A stretch of 64,000 bases of DNA from Euryarchaeota archaeon UBA91. Lineage in GTDB: Archaea; Thermoplasmatota; Poseidoniia; Poseidoniales; Poseidoniaceae. The stretch's first letter is position 1. Each line of letters starts with the position of its first letter. The notes beneath the pieces were generated by a model, which was not told where the DNA came from, searched no databases, and saw only the letters and a list, made by a program, of their open reading frames with translations. Location of the stretch: contig DAMU01000036.1 in NCBI GenBank assembly GCA_002499705.1, forward strand, positions 7,314 to 71,313. The letters run 5' to 3'. Positions 55,647 through 64,000 of the stretch are shown piece by piece. The translations under genes were made by a program, and so were the position numbers.

Positions 55647-57875
55647 TCAAGCATCTTTCAACGACAGCGTTGTTGGGATTCGAGCTGCGCTTGCTTCTCC
55701 ATCCATTCTACCATTGAGCTCGATATCGACAACCTCTGCATCTCCAGAGAGTTCCGCCATTATGAACGTCTTATTCCCTTTCGCCATTGTATCAAGGAAC
55801 ACCTCTTCACCCCGATGAAGGAATCGAGGTTCTACCAGTTCAATTTTCCATGCTTCGCCAACCGGGGCATCGAAACGCAATGCTGCTAAATCCCAATTAC
55901 CTTCCAATATGTGGACGCCAACCATTATTGGAATGGCATTCGGCTCCTTTGCCATTCGGTGGTCTAACTTCCATACAGCCATTGCGACATTCTCTGTGCG
56001 GTATTCAAGGTCAGTAGAACCCCATGCTTTGTTTGCCTCATCCCATTCAAGCATAGTAACTGCATGAAGTGCATTGGTCAAATTCTTTCGTGATTGCTGA
56101 GGTGTAATCTCGCCCGAATCCATTTGTTGTTTGAACCATGCAAGTTGCTCGGTTTTCATCAGCAAACTTTCGGCAGATTTCTTTCGGCGGTATTGCTGAA
56201 TTCCCAAAAATATGACGGGAATCAAGAACAGAGAGCCAAGGAAAAATCGTGCGATTACGCCCCATTTTTCAGCATTTTCATCGGGGGGGAAGTAGGGCTC
56301 ATTTCCTTCATCCATGAGCGAGTAAATTGATGAGACGAAGTAAGAGACATGTGGCACCTCTTCTCCCCAACTGTGATTGGACTGATTTACAGAATCCAGT
56401 AGAGAGACTCGAAAGAAATGCGTGCCACGACTCATCTCAAGTACCGTCTGAATCTTTCCATTCACCAATGTCACCGTGCGTGCATCTTCATCGACCCATG
56501 TATCTTGTTCCATACTCCAAAGTTCAAGTTGTAGGAGTTCAAGATTACTGCCTTCGACAAGAATCTTGACCAGGTGCTCTGATTCATCCCAGCCTTCAAT
56601 TTCAATACGATAAACGTCTGCAGTGTCATGGATTGCCAGCGTCAGTTGCCCTTCAATTTGTCCGGACTGTAGCGGCATGAGAGGCCAAGAAGAATTATCG
56701 GCAGATTGCGAAGATGGGAGATACGAAGGTGCTTCTTCGCCGGAACCAATATCGGAAAAATCCTCAACATGAATCACTAACCAGTGAACATTGGATTCAA
56801 CCACAAATCGTGCCGCACTGATATTTGGGTAAGGGTAAAACACCGTTGCTCTTTCTGAACTCAACTCTTGAACCTCACCCGATATCCATGATCCACTCAC
56901 CAATTGGTCGATGCGAACCGTAGAATCAAGAGCAATTGATTGCAATGTAAACTTCTGCGTATCATTCATCTCTATTGTTGCTGAAGTGGAATAATGCCCG
57001 ACGATTTTCAAATCCTCATGGTCTTGAATGAATTGGTTTGCATTCCCATCATTGAAGAGCACTGCCTTGAGAACCCACGCTGTTTCTAGAGATTCGCTTT
57101 CCACTTTTAGCAGAACTCTTCCACTTTCAGAGAAATGCCAAAACTTGGATTCTGGATGGTCATTTGCTGTAAGAGCATTTACCTGCTCAATCGTTTGATT
57201 ACTCAACAGTTCAGCAGTTTGGTTTTGAAAGTACAATGCAAACGATATGTCTGCAGTCGCATGCATGAGTTGCAGTTCAAGAGAATCCCCTGCAGATACA
57301 TTTAGCGGCACGTATTCCGGAGTGCTTTCTTGAAGAACACCTCGCAAAAATTGATTTTCGTAAAACTCTCCTAAGCCTATACTGTCCAAGTCCCCTCGGT
57401 TTGGATCGATACACTCGAGGATTTGATGGCACATATGCAGTTGGTTTAGTTGAATGGATTCAGTAGGAGCAGGCCGAGTTGTAGCGTAATTCTCATCGAT
57501 GGTTTGAACCAGTGAGTATGCGATGTATTCTTCTTCTGTACTGGTTATGTTAAGGTCGACTGAAGTATTGGTTGAAGCCTGAAGTGACAATACTGATGTG
57601 GTTGAGGTTGTCGTTCCATCAAGGGTAATTTGAGCTTCACAGTAATCGCAATCAAGCGATATGCTGAACCACTCTCCAGCAGTCATTGTCCATTGCCGAT
57701 GGTATTGTTCCGAGGGTTCAGATTGGAACCCAGTTATTCGCCCATCGGTAATTGTTTCATTGGTTTGAGCGCTCGGTTCGGAAGCGACAGAAAGCGGGTT
57801 AAACGCCAAGATTAGAAAGAGCATGGTCATGCTAACAGCGACAAAGGTGGTATTGCGACCATTTCCTCCGTCCAT
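55647..57875 (-). CDS. Type I membrane protein: signal peptide, about 510-aa extracellular domain, single TM, about 200-aa cytoplasmic domain
   Basis: Signal FVAVSMTMLFLILAFNPLSVASEP. TM helix ARFFLGSLFLIPVIFLGI followed by QQYRRKK. The cytoplasmic part contains the Trp-rich segment MLEWDEANKAWGSTDLEY. Confidence 0.55.
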   Translation of the reverse strand: MDGGNGRNTTFVAVSMTMLFLILAFNPLSVASEPSAQTNETITDGRITGFQSEPSEQYHRQWTMTAGEWFSISLDCDYCEAQITLDGTTTSTTSVLSLQASTNTSVDLNITSTEEEYIAYSLVQTIDENYATTRPAPTESIQLNQLHMCHQILECIDPNRGDLDSIGLGEFYENQFLRGVLQESTPEYVPLNVSAGDSLELQLMHATADISFALYFQNQTAELLSNQTIEQVNALTANDHPESKFWHFSESGRVLLKVESESLETAWVLKAVLFNDGNANQFIQDHEDLKIVGHYSTSATIEMNDTQKFTLQSIALDSTVRIDQLVSGSWISGEVQELSSERATVFYPYPNISAARFVVESNVHWLVIHVEDFSDIGSGEEAPSYLPSSQSADNSSWPLMPLQSGQIEGQLTLAIHDTADVYRIEIEGWDESEHLVKILVEGSNLELLQLELWSMEQDTWVDEDARTVTLVNGKIQTVLEMSRGTHFFRVSLLDSVNQSNHSWGEEVPHVSYFVSSIYSLMDEGNEPYFPPDENAEKWGVIARFFLGSLFLIPVIFLGIQQYRRKKSAESLLMKTEQLAWFKQQMDSGEITPQQSRKNLTNALHAVTMLEWDEANKAWGSTDLEYRTENVAMAVWKLDHRMAKEPNAIPIMVGVHILEGNWDLAALRFDAPVGEAWKIELVEPRFLHRGEEVFLDTMAKGNKTFIMAELSGDAEVVDIELNGRMDGEASAARIPTTLSLKDA

Positions 57876-57899
57876 GTCGTTGCCTGTGGAGTATTTGCT

Positions 57900-59735
57900 T
57901 TGAACTTAGGCCCTACCAAGTGTCCAATGCTTGAAGAAGCGATGGCTTTTGGCCTGTTCATGGAGGCAGGGCTTGGTCGAACCGTGACTGCGAGATATCG
58001 CTTTGCCCGTCAGTGGGCATTGGGTGATCGAAAAAATCCTGTTGCGTCAACTCCTGCATTGGTTTTACTTGATGGAGATGAGGAAATTGATGCCCAATTA
58101 GCACCTTTCCGTTCCACTACGAGCGATCAAATCCCGGCTACATTGACATTTGAATCACGCCTTCCACTTTCACCACCTGATTTCCTTAAACCGTCACCGA
58201 AATGGAGTGTCTCAATAGGGCATGTCCTTCCTCCGTCTTTAGATGAAGCAGACGCTGGTGAACCAGCCGGAACTGCTCAAGTGCTTCCGGTATCTTGGCA
58301 AAGGCTAAATCACGATGTTGGGCTAACCGATTCGTCCCTCAAACCGGATGTTGTGGTTTTGGTTGATGCAGTTCAACTTGCCTCCCAGCCTGGAAAGTTG
58401 GTTGAGGCAATTACTACATTGAAGCGACGCTTTCCTGGATCACTGCTATGGACGCCGGGTCTAGGAGGGCCAGATAATCTTGCAGTGCTCACATGGTTCG
58501 GTGTCGATTTGTTTGACTTGGCACGGTCACGTCAAGCATCAGCAGCAGGTGTCCTTCTCACAGAACAAGGACCACGACACATTGTCGAATCAATGAATGA
58601 ATCTGCTGATATGGACGCTCAACTCTCTCACTGGAAGTATGCAATTGCTTCCGTTCGAGGTGCGATGGCTTCAGATCAAATGCGTTCTTTGGCTGACCGT
58701 CAGTCTCTCACCAGTCCGCGATTAGTTGAGCACCTTCGTCGTCATGACCTGTTCTGTCGAGACATCCCCGGCCTTCTCTCCTCGCATGTGAGTTCAGAAT
58801 TCACGTTCCCATGCCATTCAGTTTCTGTCCAATCCGACCCTCTCATTTCAGATTGGGAATCGTTTATCACTACACAATACAGTGCTCCAGAGGGCCTTGA
58901 TTCGATACTGATTTTACTTCCCTGTTCTGCTCGAAAACCATATCGTTTATCCAAATCACATGGCCGTTTCATACGAGCCATTGGGACAAGTGCTTGTCAC
59001 GAAGTCATGGTGACTTCTCCCCTCGGATTGGTTCCTAGAGATTTGGAAGAGGTTTGGCCTGCTGGGCATTATGATGTCCCAGTTACGGGTGATTGGACTG
59101 GTGATGAATTGTCTCGAATTCAACGCATGTTTCAATCATTGGTTGAGCGTCATAATTACCAGCGAATCATCAATCACTCAGGCATCGATTTCACTCACGA
59201 CTCTATTGAAATTTCTGACACCCGTCAAGGCGATTCCGCCGGTTCACATGAAGCTCTTGAACGTCTTACTGCAGCCGTAAAAAAGGCCGTTGATGAACTC
59301 AGTGCAAGGGGGCGGAAAACCGAAAAAATCCTTCTTGACAACTTTTCAAGTATCGCTCGAAAACAGATGAACAGTGACGCTTGGGTTAAAGGTTTGAAAG
59401 TGCGAGGAAAGCCACCTCGATATCGACTTGAGCGTGAAAATACGCAGATGGCATTGTGGTCTATTGACCGAAGCGGTTTTTCATTACCAAAAGCCATTAT
59501 TCCTACGCTTGCTGAAATCAATGCCCTGCCCGAAGTTCATTTGAAGAGCGACGTTGTTTGGAGAGGCGACATTTTTGGTCAAATCGTTGAATCATTTGAT
59601 GCAACAATTCGTGCAGGTTCCGATGTATTGGTTTTGCAAGGCGGAAAGGTCCTCGGTCTTGCTCGAGCGCATGCACCCGCCTGGGAATGGCCATCGACAC
59701 CGGGTCGTTTGGCAAAGTCCCATCAGCGGTTGTAG
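57900..59735 (+). CDS. arcS: Archaeosine synthase ArcS-like protein (tRNA-guanine transglycosylase-like domain + PC-X3-KPY-X2-S-X2-H motif + C-terminal PUA-like domain)
   Basis: ILLPCSARKPYRLSKSHGRF matches the PC-X3-KPY-X2-S-X2-H signature as I recall it for ArcS. The C-terminus VWRGDIFGQIVESFDATIRAGSDVLVLQGGKVLGLARA is PUA-like. The start is uncertain because the track uses a non-ATG codon; MLEEAMAF or MAFGLF are alternatives. Confidence 0.6.
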   Translation: MNLGPTKCPMLEEAMAFGLFMEAGLGRTVTARYRFARQWALGDRKNPVASTPALVLLDGDEEIDAQLAPFRSTTSDQIPATLTFESRLPLSPPDFLKPSPKWSVSIGHVLPPSLDEADAGEPAGTAQVLPVSWQRLNHDVGLTDSSLKPDVVVLVDAVQLASQPGKLVEAITTLKRRFPGSLLWTPGLGGPDNLAVLTWFGVDLFDLARSRQASAAGVLLTEQGPRHIVESMNESADMDAQLSHWKYAIASVRGAMASDQMRSLADRQSLTSPRLVEHLRRHDLFCRDIPGLLSSHVSSEFTFPCHSVSVQSDPLISDWESFITTQYSAPEGLDSILILLPCSARKPYRLSKSHGRFIRAIGTSACHEVMVTSPLGLVPRDLEEVWPAGHYDVPVTGDWTGDELSRIQRMFQSLVERHNYQRIINHSGIDFTHDSIEISDTRQGDSAGSHEALERLTAAVKKAVDELSARGRKTEKILLDNFSSIARKQMNSDAWVKGLKVRGKPPRYRLERENTQMALWSIDRSGFSLPKAIIPTLAEINALPEVHLKSDVVWRGDIFGQIVESFDATIRAGSDVLVLQGGKVLGLARAHAPAWEWPSTPGRLAKSHQRL

Positions 59736-59848
59736 ATATCACTTCAATTGTCGAGCAATCCTCCGTTTATGCCAAACAAAATCCCCTTGGTTGAAGCGGA
59801 GCGATTAAGAAGGGGTGACAAGTCGCCGAATTACTTGGAGTTGTTCTC

Positions 59849-60307
59849 ATGGCACGTATGTATAAGTCACGCAGAGGAAAGAGTGGGTCAAGCAAGCCCT
59901 TTGTCAAGGAAGCACCAGAGTGGTCAAACACCGATGCTGCTGCTATCACACAACTCATTATTGACCTAGGCAAGGAAGGTCATTCCACAGCAGTCATTGG
60001 CACTATTCTTCGTGACCAACACGCTGTTCCAAACGCCCGACTTGTCATAGGCAAGCGTATTGGTAGTGTTTTGGCCGAGAACAACATTGGCGGAACTTAT
60101 CCTGAAGACATGATGAATCTCATGCGACAAGCTGTTGGAATAATTAATCATCTTGGCAGTGGTAATCACAAGGATCTTCACAACAAGCGCGCATTGGAAA
60201 TTACAGAATCCAAAATTCGTCGTTTGGCAAACTACTACATGGCTGAAGGACGAATTCCGTCTGAATGGCGATACAAGCGTGACGAACTCCGCCTCATGGT
60301 TGAGTGA
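59849..60307 (+). CDS. rps15: 30S ribosomal protein S15 (uS15, archaeal/eukaryotic S13e type)
   Basis: MARMYKSRRGKSGSSKPF is the canonical archaeal S15 N-terminus. 152 aa, basic, with the conserved C-terminal helical domain (KDLHNKRALEITESKIRRLANYY). Confidence 0.85.
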   Translation: MARMYKSRRGKSGSSKPFVKEAPEWSNTDAAAITQLIIDLGKEGHSTAVIGTILRDQHAVPNARLVIGKRIGSVLAENNIGGTYPEDMMNLMRQAVGIINHLGSGNHKDLHNKRALEITESKIRRLANYYMAEGRIPSEWRYKRDELRLMVE

Positions 60308-60366
60308 GTTCGAGATTGTATCTTCTCCACTGATGTGGTGACTTCATCAAGAGTGACCTACTCGTT

Positions 60367-61284
60367 GTGATTGGTGGGGCTATGAACGACTTACTTCTCA
60401 CACATCCTTTCTCAGATGTCAAAAAGAGAATTCTTGAACTATCAGAGCAGATTAAAGTTGCAGACATGGTCCACATTCACGCCTCTGCTGACTTGTCAGG
60501 CCTTCTCGCATTGTCGATGTTGGAATCCGCATTTCTCGATACTGGCATAAAATATCGACGTCGTTTCTTACCATCAGACCAGCACATCCCTCGAGACGAA
60601 CGCTTACAACCAGAACTTCCAAAAGAAGGTTTACTGATTTTTATCGCACCTTTTGAAGATACATGGACACTGGAGGAACTGCCTCCAACCAAATATATCC
60701 ACATTACACCGTTATCTGTTTCTGTACGATTAGGCTCGAAACAATCTGAACGCCGAGGTGCATTGGATGTGGTTGCACAGTGCGCTGCTCTTGCTGCCCA
60801 GATGGCACCGAATGGACAGAAAGTTCGACTTTTGCGCCCATTTGCGGCTACCGGCCTCTGGTTGCGAGAAGCATTGGACACGACTTTTGACCCAATTCAT
60901 ACTGCCGTGCGAGACCATTTGCGCGAAGAAGGCTCGTTCAGGGTGGTCCCTCTTCCTGAAGTCCCCTCTCCGGCTTCAGGTATGATACCGGGCCTTTCTG
61001 AGCGGATGTCATCACGATTGCAAAAAGGCTGGTTGAAAATGGATATTGATACACGCTCCTCAGCTTTGAGTGAATTGATTCTCCCAACGTTAACAGATTC
61101 ATCTTTGTCTACTCCACGGCTTGAGGAACTGGTGTGGCATCGTCTAATGATTGGAACTTCTGATGTTGATGTAATGAGTCAGATTTTTTTGGCGGAAAAA
61201 GCGTGGCCTGAGGAATCATCTGATGCTAAAATCCATTCCTCTAAATTAGCAGATTTCTTCCTCAAAACCGGACATCTTGTTTAG
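60367..61284 (+). CDS. Hypothetical protein (possibly a degenerate DHH/RecJ-like protein, which in Euryarchaeota is often next to rps15)
   Basis: 305-aa ORF with no TM helix. VHIHASADLSGLLALSMLESAF loosely recalls DHH motif I/II spacing but lacks a clear DHH triad. The identification is weak. Confidence 0.35.
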   Translation: MIGGAMNDLLLTHPFSDVKKRILELSEQIKVADMVHIHASADLSGLLALSMLESAFLDTGIKYRRRFLPSDQHIPRDERLQPELPKEGLLIFIAPFEDTWTLEELPPTKYIHITPLSVSVRLGSKQSERRGALDVVAQCAALAAQMAPNGQKVRLLRPFAATGLWLREALDTTFDPIHTAVRDHLREEGSFRVVPLPEVPSPASGMIPGLSERMSSRLQKGWLKMDIDTRSSALSELILPTLTDSSLSTPRLEELVWHRLMIGTSDVDVMSQIFLAEKAWPEESSDAKIHSSKLADFFLKTGHLV

Positions 61285-61330
61285 TGTGGGCAATCGACGG
61301 GTTGAAACCTCATAACATACTGGGATATTC

Positions 61331-61681
61331 ATGGCCATTGAAAGATTGCTTACTGGTAGCATCCGAGATCAAGTACAAGATTTGATGTCAACAGAAGATT
61401 TGGTTATCGAAGCATTTCGAGACCTGGTCAAAGATGAACTCAAATCACATATCCGCAGTAAAGTCGACGAAGACCCTGAATTGAAAGCCGAGATTAAGGA
61501 AGCAGTCGCCTATTATTTCCATACAAAGGCACGAACAATTTACGCTGAACTCAAAGCAACCCGTGCTGCTACTCGTCTTGGCTTGCGACTTTTACCAGAT
61601 GACTTGCAAGGAGAAGTAGGTGAAGCGGTTGTCTCTCTTTTCGAGAAGGAACTTGGTGCTTTACTTGAGAAGGCACTTTGA
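61331..61681 (+). CDS. Hypothetical small helical protein (116 aa)
   Basis: Clean ATG ORF, charged, predicted helical (KAEIKEAVAYYFHTKARTIYAELKATRAATRLG). No family recognised. Confidence 0.4.
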   Translation: MAIERLLTGSIRDQVQDLMSTEDLVIEAFRDLVKDELKSHIRSKVDEDPELKAEIKEAVAYYFHTKARTIYAELKATRAATRLGLRLLPDDLQGEVGEAVVSLFEKELGALLEKAL

Positions 61682-61750
61682 TTCAATTTATGGACGCCAA
61701 AGCGCTTCTATTATGTGCCATGCGCGCTGGGTTGAGCCGTAGGTGAACTC

Positions 61751-63790
61751 ATGACGGCACGTCCATTCTTGTTTGTGTTGATTTTTATCGCCTCGCTGAT
61801 GTCGCCTTTGACGGAATCATTCATCGATACTGCGAAGGCTGAAGAGGTGGTGGTCTGCTGTGATTCTGCTGATGTAGAACTCCACTTGCTTGGTTCTGCC
61901 TCATCAGGAACGATGTCTCCTTTTTCACAGGACTTGACAGATACAACTTCAACTGCAACGATAGCAAATGCTGTCACTTCTGAGGAAACTGTCGGGAAGT
62001 GGGTTTTGCCGAACGTTTGGCCTGGAACCATCCCTGCAAATACATGGCAAGTTGCAATCAAGTACGAAGTAACCGATGCTGCAAGTGCACAAGTCAATGC
62101 CACTGCGACTCTGAAGATTGGTAGTCAAACATTCAGCGCTTCAACCGAGCCAGGGAGTTCTTTTTTGGCTCAAGGTCAGGGGACGCTGATCTTTGATATC
62201 GACGTTGATACAACCTCGATTTCAGATAATGGTGCTATCGAACTTACACTTTCTGCACGCTCGGTGGTTTTTTCTTTGCCAACTGGTGATGCGAAGTTAG
62301 AGTTTTTATGGGGTTCTGAAGACAGTGACTCTACTGTAGAAGCTGAGATTCCATTGTTCGATTTAACATTACTCGAACCTGAAGTTGAGGGCTCCGAAGT
62401 TTACTTTTCGGTCGTCATTGATTCGAACTGGGGGATGGATATGCTCTCAAAGTCCGAGTCTCTTGAAATCTTGGTTGGCGGTACAGCTCTTACAGGTGAC
62501 CCTATTGAGACGACATCAGGCAGTGGAGTGCGAGTCACTTGGACATGGGACGGTGCAAAGGGAGGAATCGAAACGGTAACTGTTGAGACGCGTTTCATTC
62601 TTGAAGTAGGGGATTCAGCACTCACAGGTTCGACAAGTTTTGAAATTGAAACTTTTGATTCATCCGGTGGAACAGGAACCTATTATCCTCCTGAGGAACC
62701 ACTCAAAACGAATGGCGACGGTAGTCCGTTAACAGTTACGGGGACATTCTCGTTGGATTCATCGAACAGCGTGCTTGAATTTGATCGTGTTACCCGAATT
62801 GAAATTGGTGGTGAAATGGCGTTTTGGATGCGCTGGGGAATGGACCACTTAGGAGATGAAGTCACCTCGCTTTCACTTCCTTTGAAAAGTTTTGACGCCG
62901 GCAGCGTTACCGATGAAGAACGTGTCAGTCGAACAATCGAACAAATCGAAGTCAGTGAGTTTGAACGACAAATGTCAAATTCAGGATTAGCAACCTACTA
63001 TCTTGGAGTTGGGCTGGGTTTTGATGTTAGTAATCTGTTAGGTGCAGATGCTAAGGATTTTTCTTCGTTCTCAATAAAACTCGACCTTAACGGCCAATCA
63101 GATGTTGTCAACCATCCGGTAACATTGGTGGTTTCAACTTCCATTGACTTTGAAAGTGGCGAGAATACTGAACTCCTAGCGGATTTTATGAATGCACAAC
63201 CTGCGAAACTCTGGAGTGATTGCACCCTTTCACTACGTGGAACCACTTCGGCAATGGCTTCATTTATCGTTCCAAACCTCAATCCATCGGACGTTGTTTC
63301 GATCAGTCGCCTCCGCTTCCCATGGGGGGAAACACTCGAACTCAAGGGTGAGGGTATAACCCAAGATGACAAATTTACCTTTTCAGTCACGCCAGTTAAT
63401 TCACCACTCGATAGTCCATTACCTCTGTTTTTGATTGTCACACTTGGTCTTCTGTTAGGCTTTGTATTCGCTTTGAAGTTTGCAAAAATGCGACAAAAGA
63501 AATTACTCTATGTTGAACTCATTCTTGTTCCGTTAGTACTCATCATCCACGTCTTAGGATTCGTCTCTGTATTTGTAGGTGGGGCAGTTGGTACGGTAAT
63601 CCTGATTTGGTGGGTTACTGCCATAACAAGTCCTCGTTCGAGAACGGATTTGGTTGAGGAAGCATTACAATTGACCACACCGGTCATTCCTTGCCCAGCT
63701 TGCGGAACGCCCAACCCAGTTGTCAGTCAAGAACGCCCACTTCGATTTGCCTGCGTAGGTTGCGAACGTGTCATCAAAATTGTCGCTTAA
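61751..63790 (+). CDS. Secreted surface protein with two C-terminal TM helices and a cytoplasmic zinc-ribbon tail
   Basis: Signal MTARPFLFVLIFIASLMSPLTESFIDTAKA. Thr/Ser-rich beta-rich ectodomain. Helices LPLFLIVTLGLLLGFVFAL and LILVPLVLIIHVLGFVSVFVGGAVGTVILIWWV. C-terminus CPACGTPNPVVSQERPLRFACVGCERV. Confidence 0.55.
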   Translation: MTARPFLFVLIFIASLMSPLTESFIDTAKAEEVVVCCDSADVELHLLGSASSGTMSPFSQDLTDTTSTATIANAVTSEETVGKWVLPNVWPGTIPANTWQVAIKYEVTDAASAQVNATATLKIGSQTFSASTEPGSSFLAQGQGTLIFDIDVDTTSISDNGAIELTLSARSVVFSLPTGDAKLEFLWGSEDSDSTVEAEIPLFDLTLLEPEVEGSEVYFSVVIDSNWGMDMLSKSESLEILVGGTALTGDPIETTSGSGVRVTWTWDGAKGGIETVTVETRFILEVGDSALTGSTSFEIETFDSSGGTGTYYPPEEPLKTNGDGSPLTVTGTFSLDSSNSVLEFDRVTRIEIGGEMAFWMRWGMDHLGDEVTSLSLPLKSFDAGSVTDEERVSRTIEQIEVSEFERQMSNSGLATYYLGVGLGFDVSNLLGADAKDFSSFSIKLDLNGQSDVVNHPVTLVVSTSIDFESGENTELLADFMNAQPAKLWSDCTLSLRGTTSAMASFIVPNLNPSDVVSISRLRFPWGETLELKGEGITQDDKFTFSVTPVNSPLDSPLPLFLIVTLGLLLGFVFALKFAKMRQKKLLYVELILVPLVLIIHVLGFVSVFVGGAVGTVILIWWVTAITSPRSRTDLVEEALQLTTPVIPCPACGTPNPVVSQERPLRFACVGCERVIKIVA

Positions 63791-63979
63791 TCAAAGTTTA
63801 AGTCCTTTGAGAGAGTCAACAAGTGAAGTAGCCTGTTGATAATCTGATGGTGAGAAATAGCCGACAAATTCACCTTCCTCTTCTACAGCAATCACGGCTT
63901 GAGGTGCTCTCTTGGCAACATTATCTAAGACTGATTTGAGGGTTTCTGAAAGTTTGACCTCTAAAAAATCCATTTCCAT
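63791..63979 (-). CDS. Small hypothetical ORF (62 aa); the real gene may start beyond the right edge of the window
   Basis: MEMDFLEVKLSETLKSVLDNVAKRAPQAVIAVEEEGEFVGYFSPSDYQQATSLVDSLKGLKL. Only 21 nt remain to the window end. Confidence 0.25.
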   Translation of the reverse strand: MEMDFLEVKLSETLKSVLDNVAKRAPQAVIAVEEEGEFVGYFSPSDYQQATSLVDSLKGLKL

Positions 63980-64000
63980 CCATTCGGAGCATTTGACAGC

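Noticed and set aside
1-64000. Searched for CRISPR arrays, rRNA genes, IS or transposase, integrase, and toxin-antitoxin-like small gene pairs.
   Set aside because: No regularly spaced short direct repeats. No rRNA-like conserved stretches. No DDE, HUH or tyrosine-recombinase signatures seen in any of the ORF translations.

Overview
This 64 kb window is archaeal. The evidence is an archaeal-type tRNA-Met(CAU) without encoded CCA, an STT3/AglB oligosaccharyltransferase with a WWDYG motif, a CDP-archaeol synthase-like gene, three proteins with class III (type IV pilin-like) signal peptides, an archaeosine synthase (ArcS) PC-X3-KPY-X2-S-X2-H motif, and an archaeal-type ribosomal protein S15. GC content is roughly 48% and the proteome is acidic; a planktonic euryarchaeon such as Poseidoniales (Marine Group II) is a reasonable guess, not a demonstrated fact.

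Housekeeping genes present: an HD-domain dNTPase-like hydrolase, tRNA-Met, carS, purD, a family 2 glycosyltransferase, dnaJ, arcS and rps15.

The main feature of the window is a run of giant secreted or membrane-anchored proteins taking up about 44% of the sequence:
- A 3210-aa AglB (STT3) fused to about 1900 aa of tandem beta-sandwich domains and a C-terminal membrane anchor, with a subtilisin-like (S8) protease immediately downstream.
- A 1462-aa right-handed beta-helix protein.
- A 1917-aa and a 961-aa protein packed with calcium-binding thrombospondin-type-3 / dockerin-like aspartate-rich (D-x-D-x-D-G) repeats.
- An 1811-aa protein, plus several 300-750-aa type-I membrane proteins.

The most unusual observations are:
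- Two of the giant proteins (1811 aa and 961 aa) end, after their single transmembrane helix, in the same cytoplasmic tail motif, PPLPPxGLPxGWTxEQWxxYGxDY. The DNA encoding the two tails is not identical, so conservation is at the protein level.
- The 1811-aa gene is followed 9 nt later by a small acidic protein gene.
- A winged-helix + STAND NTPase + TPR regulator sits between the beta-helix giant and a three-gene operon of pilin-like (class III signal peptide) proteins. That operon has a 9-bp G/C palindrome in its promoter region.
- A pyroglutamyl-peptidase/NUDIX fusion.
- A PGF-CTERM-like signal with an unusual acidic extension.

I saw no CRISPR array, rRNA, transposase, integrase or obvious prophage. 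Coordinates of motifs were counted by hand and may be off by 1-2 nt. Starts that differ from the ORF track are explained in each evidence field.
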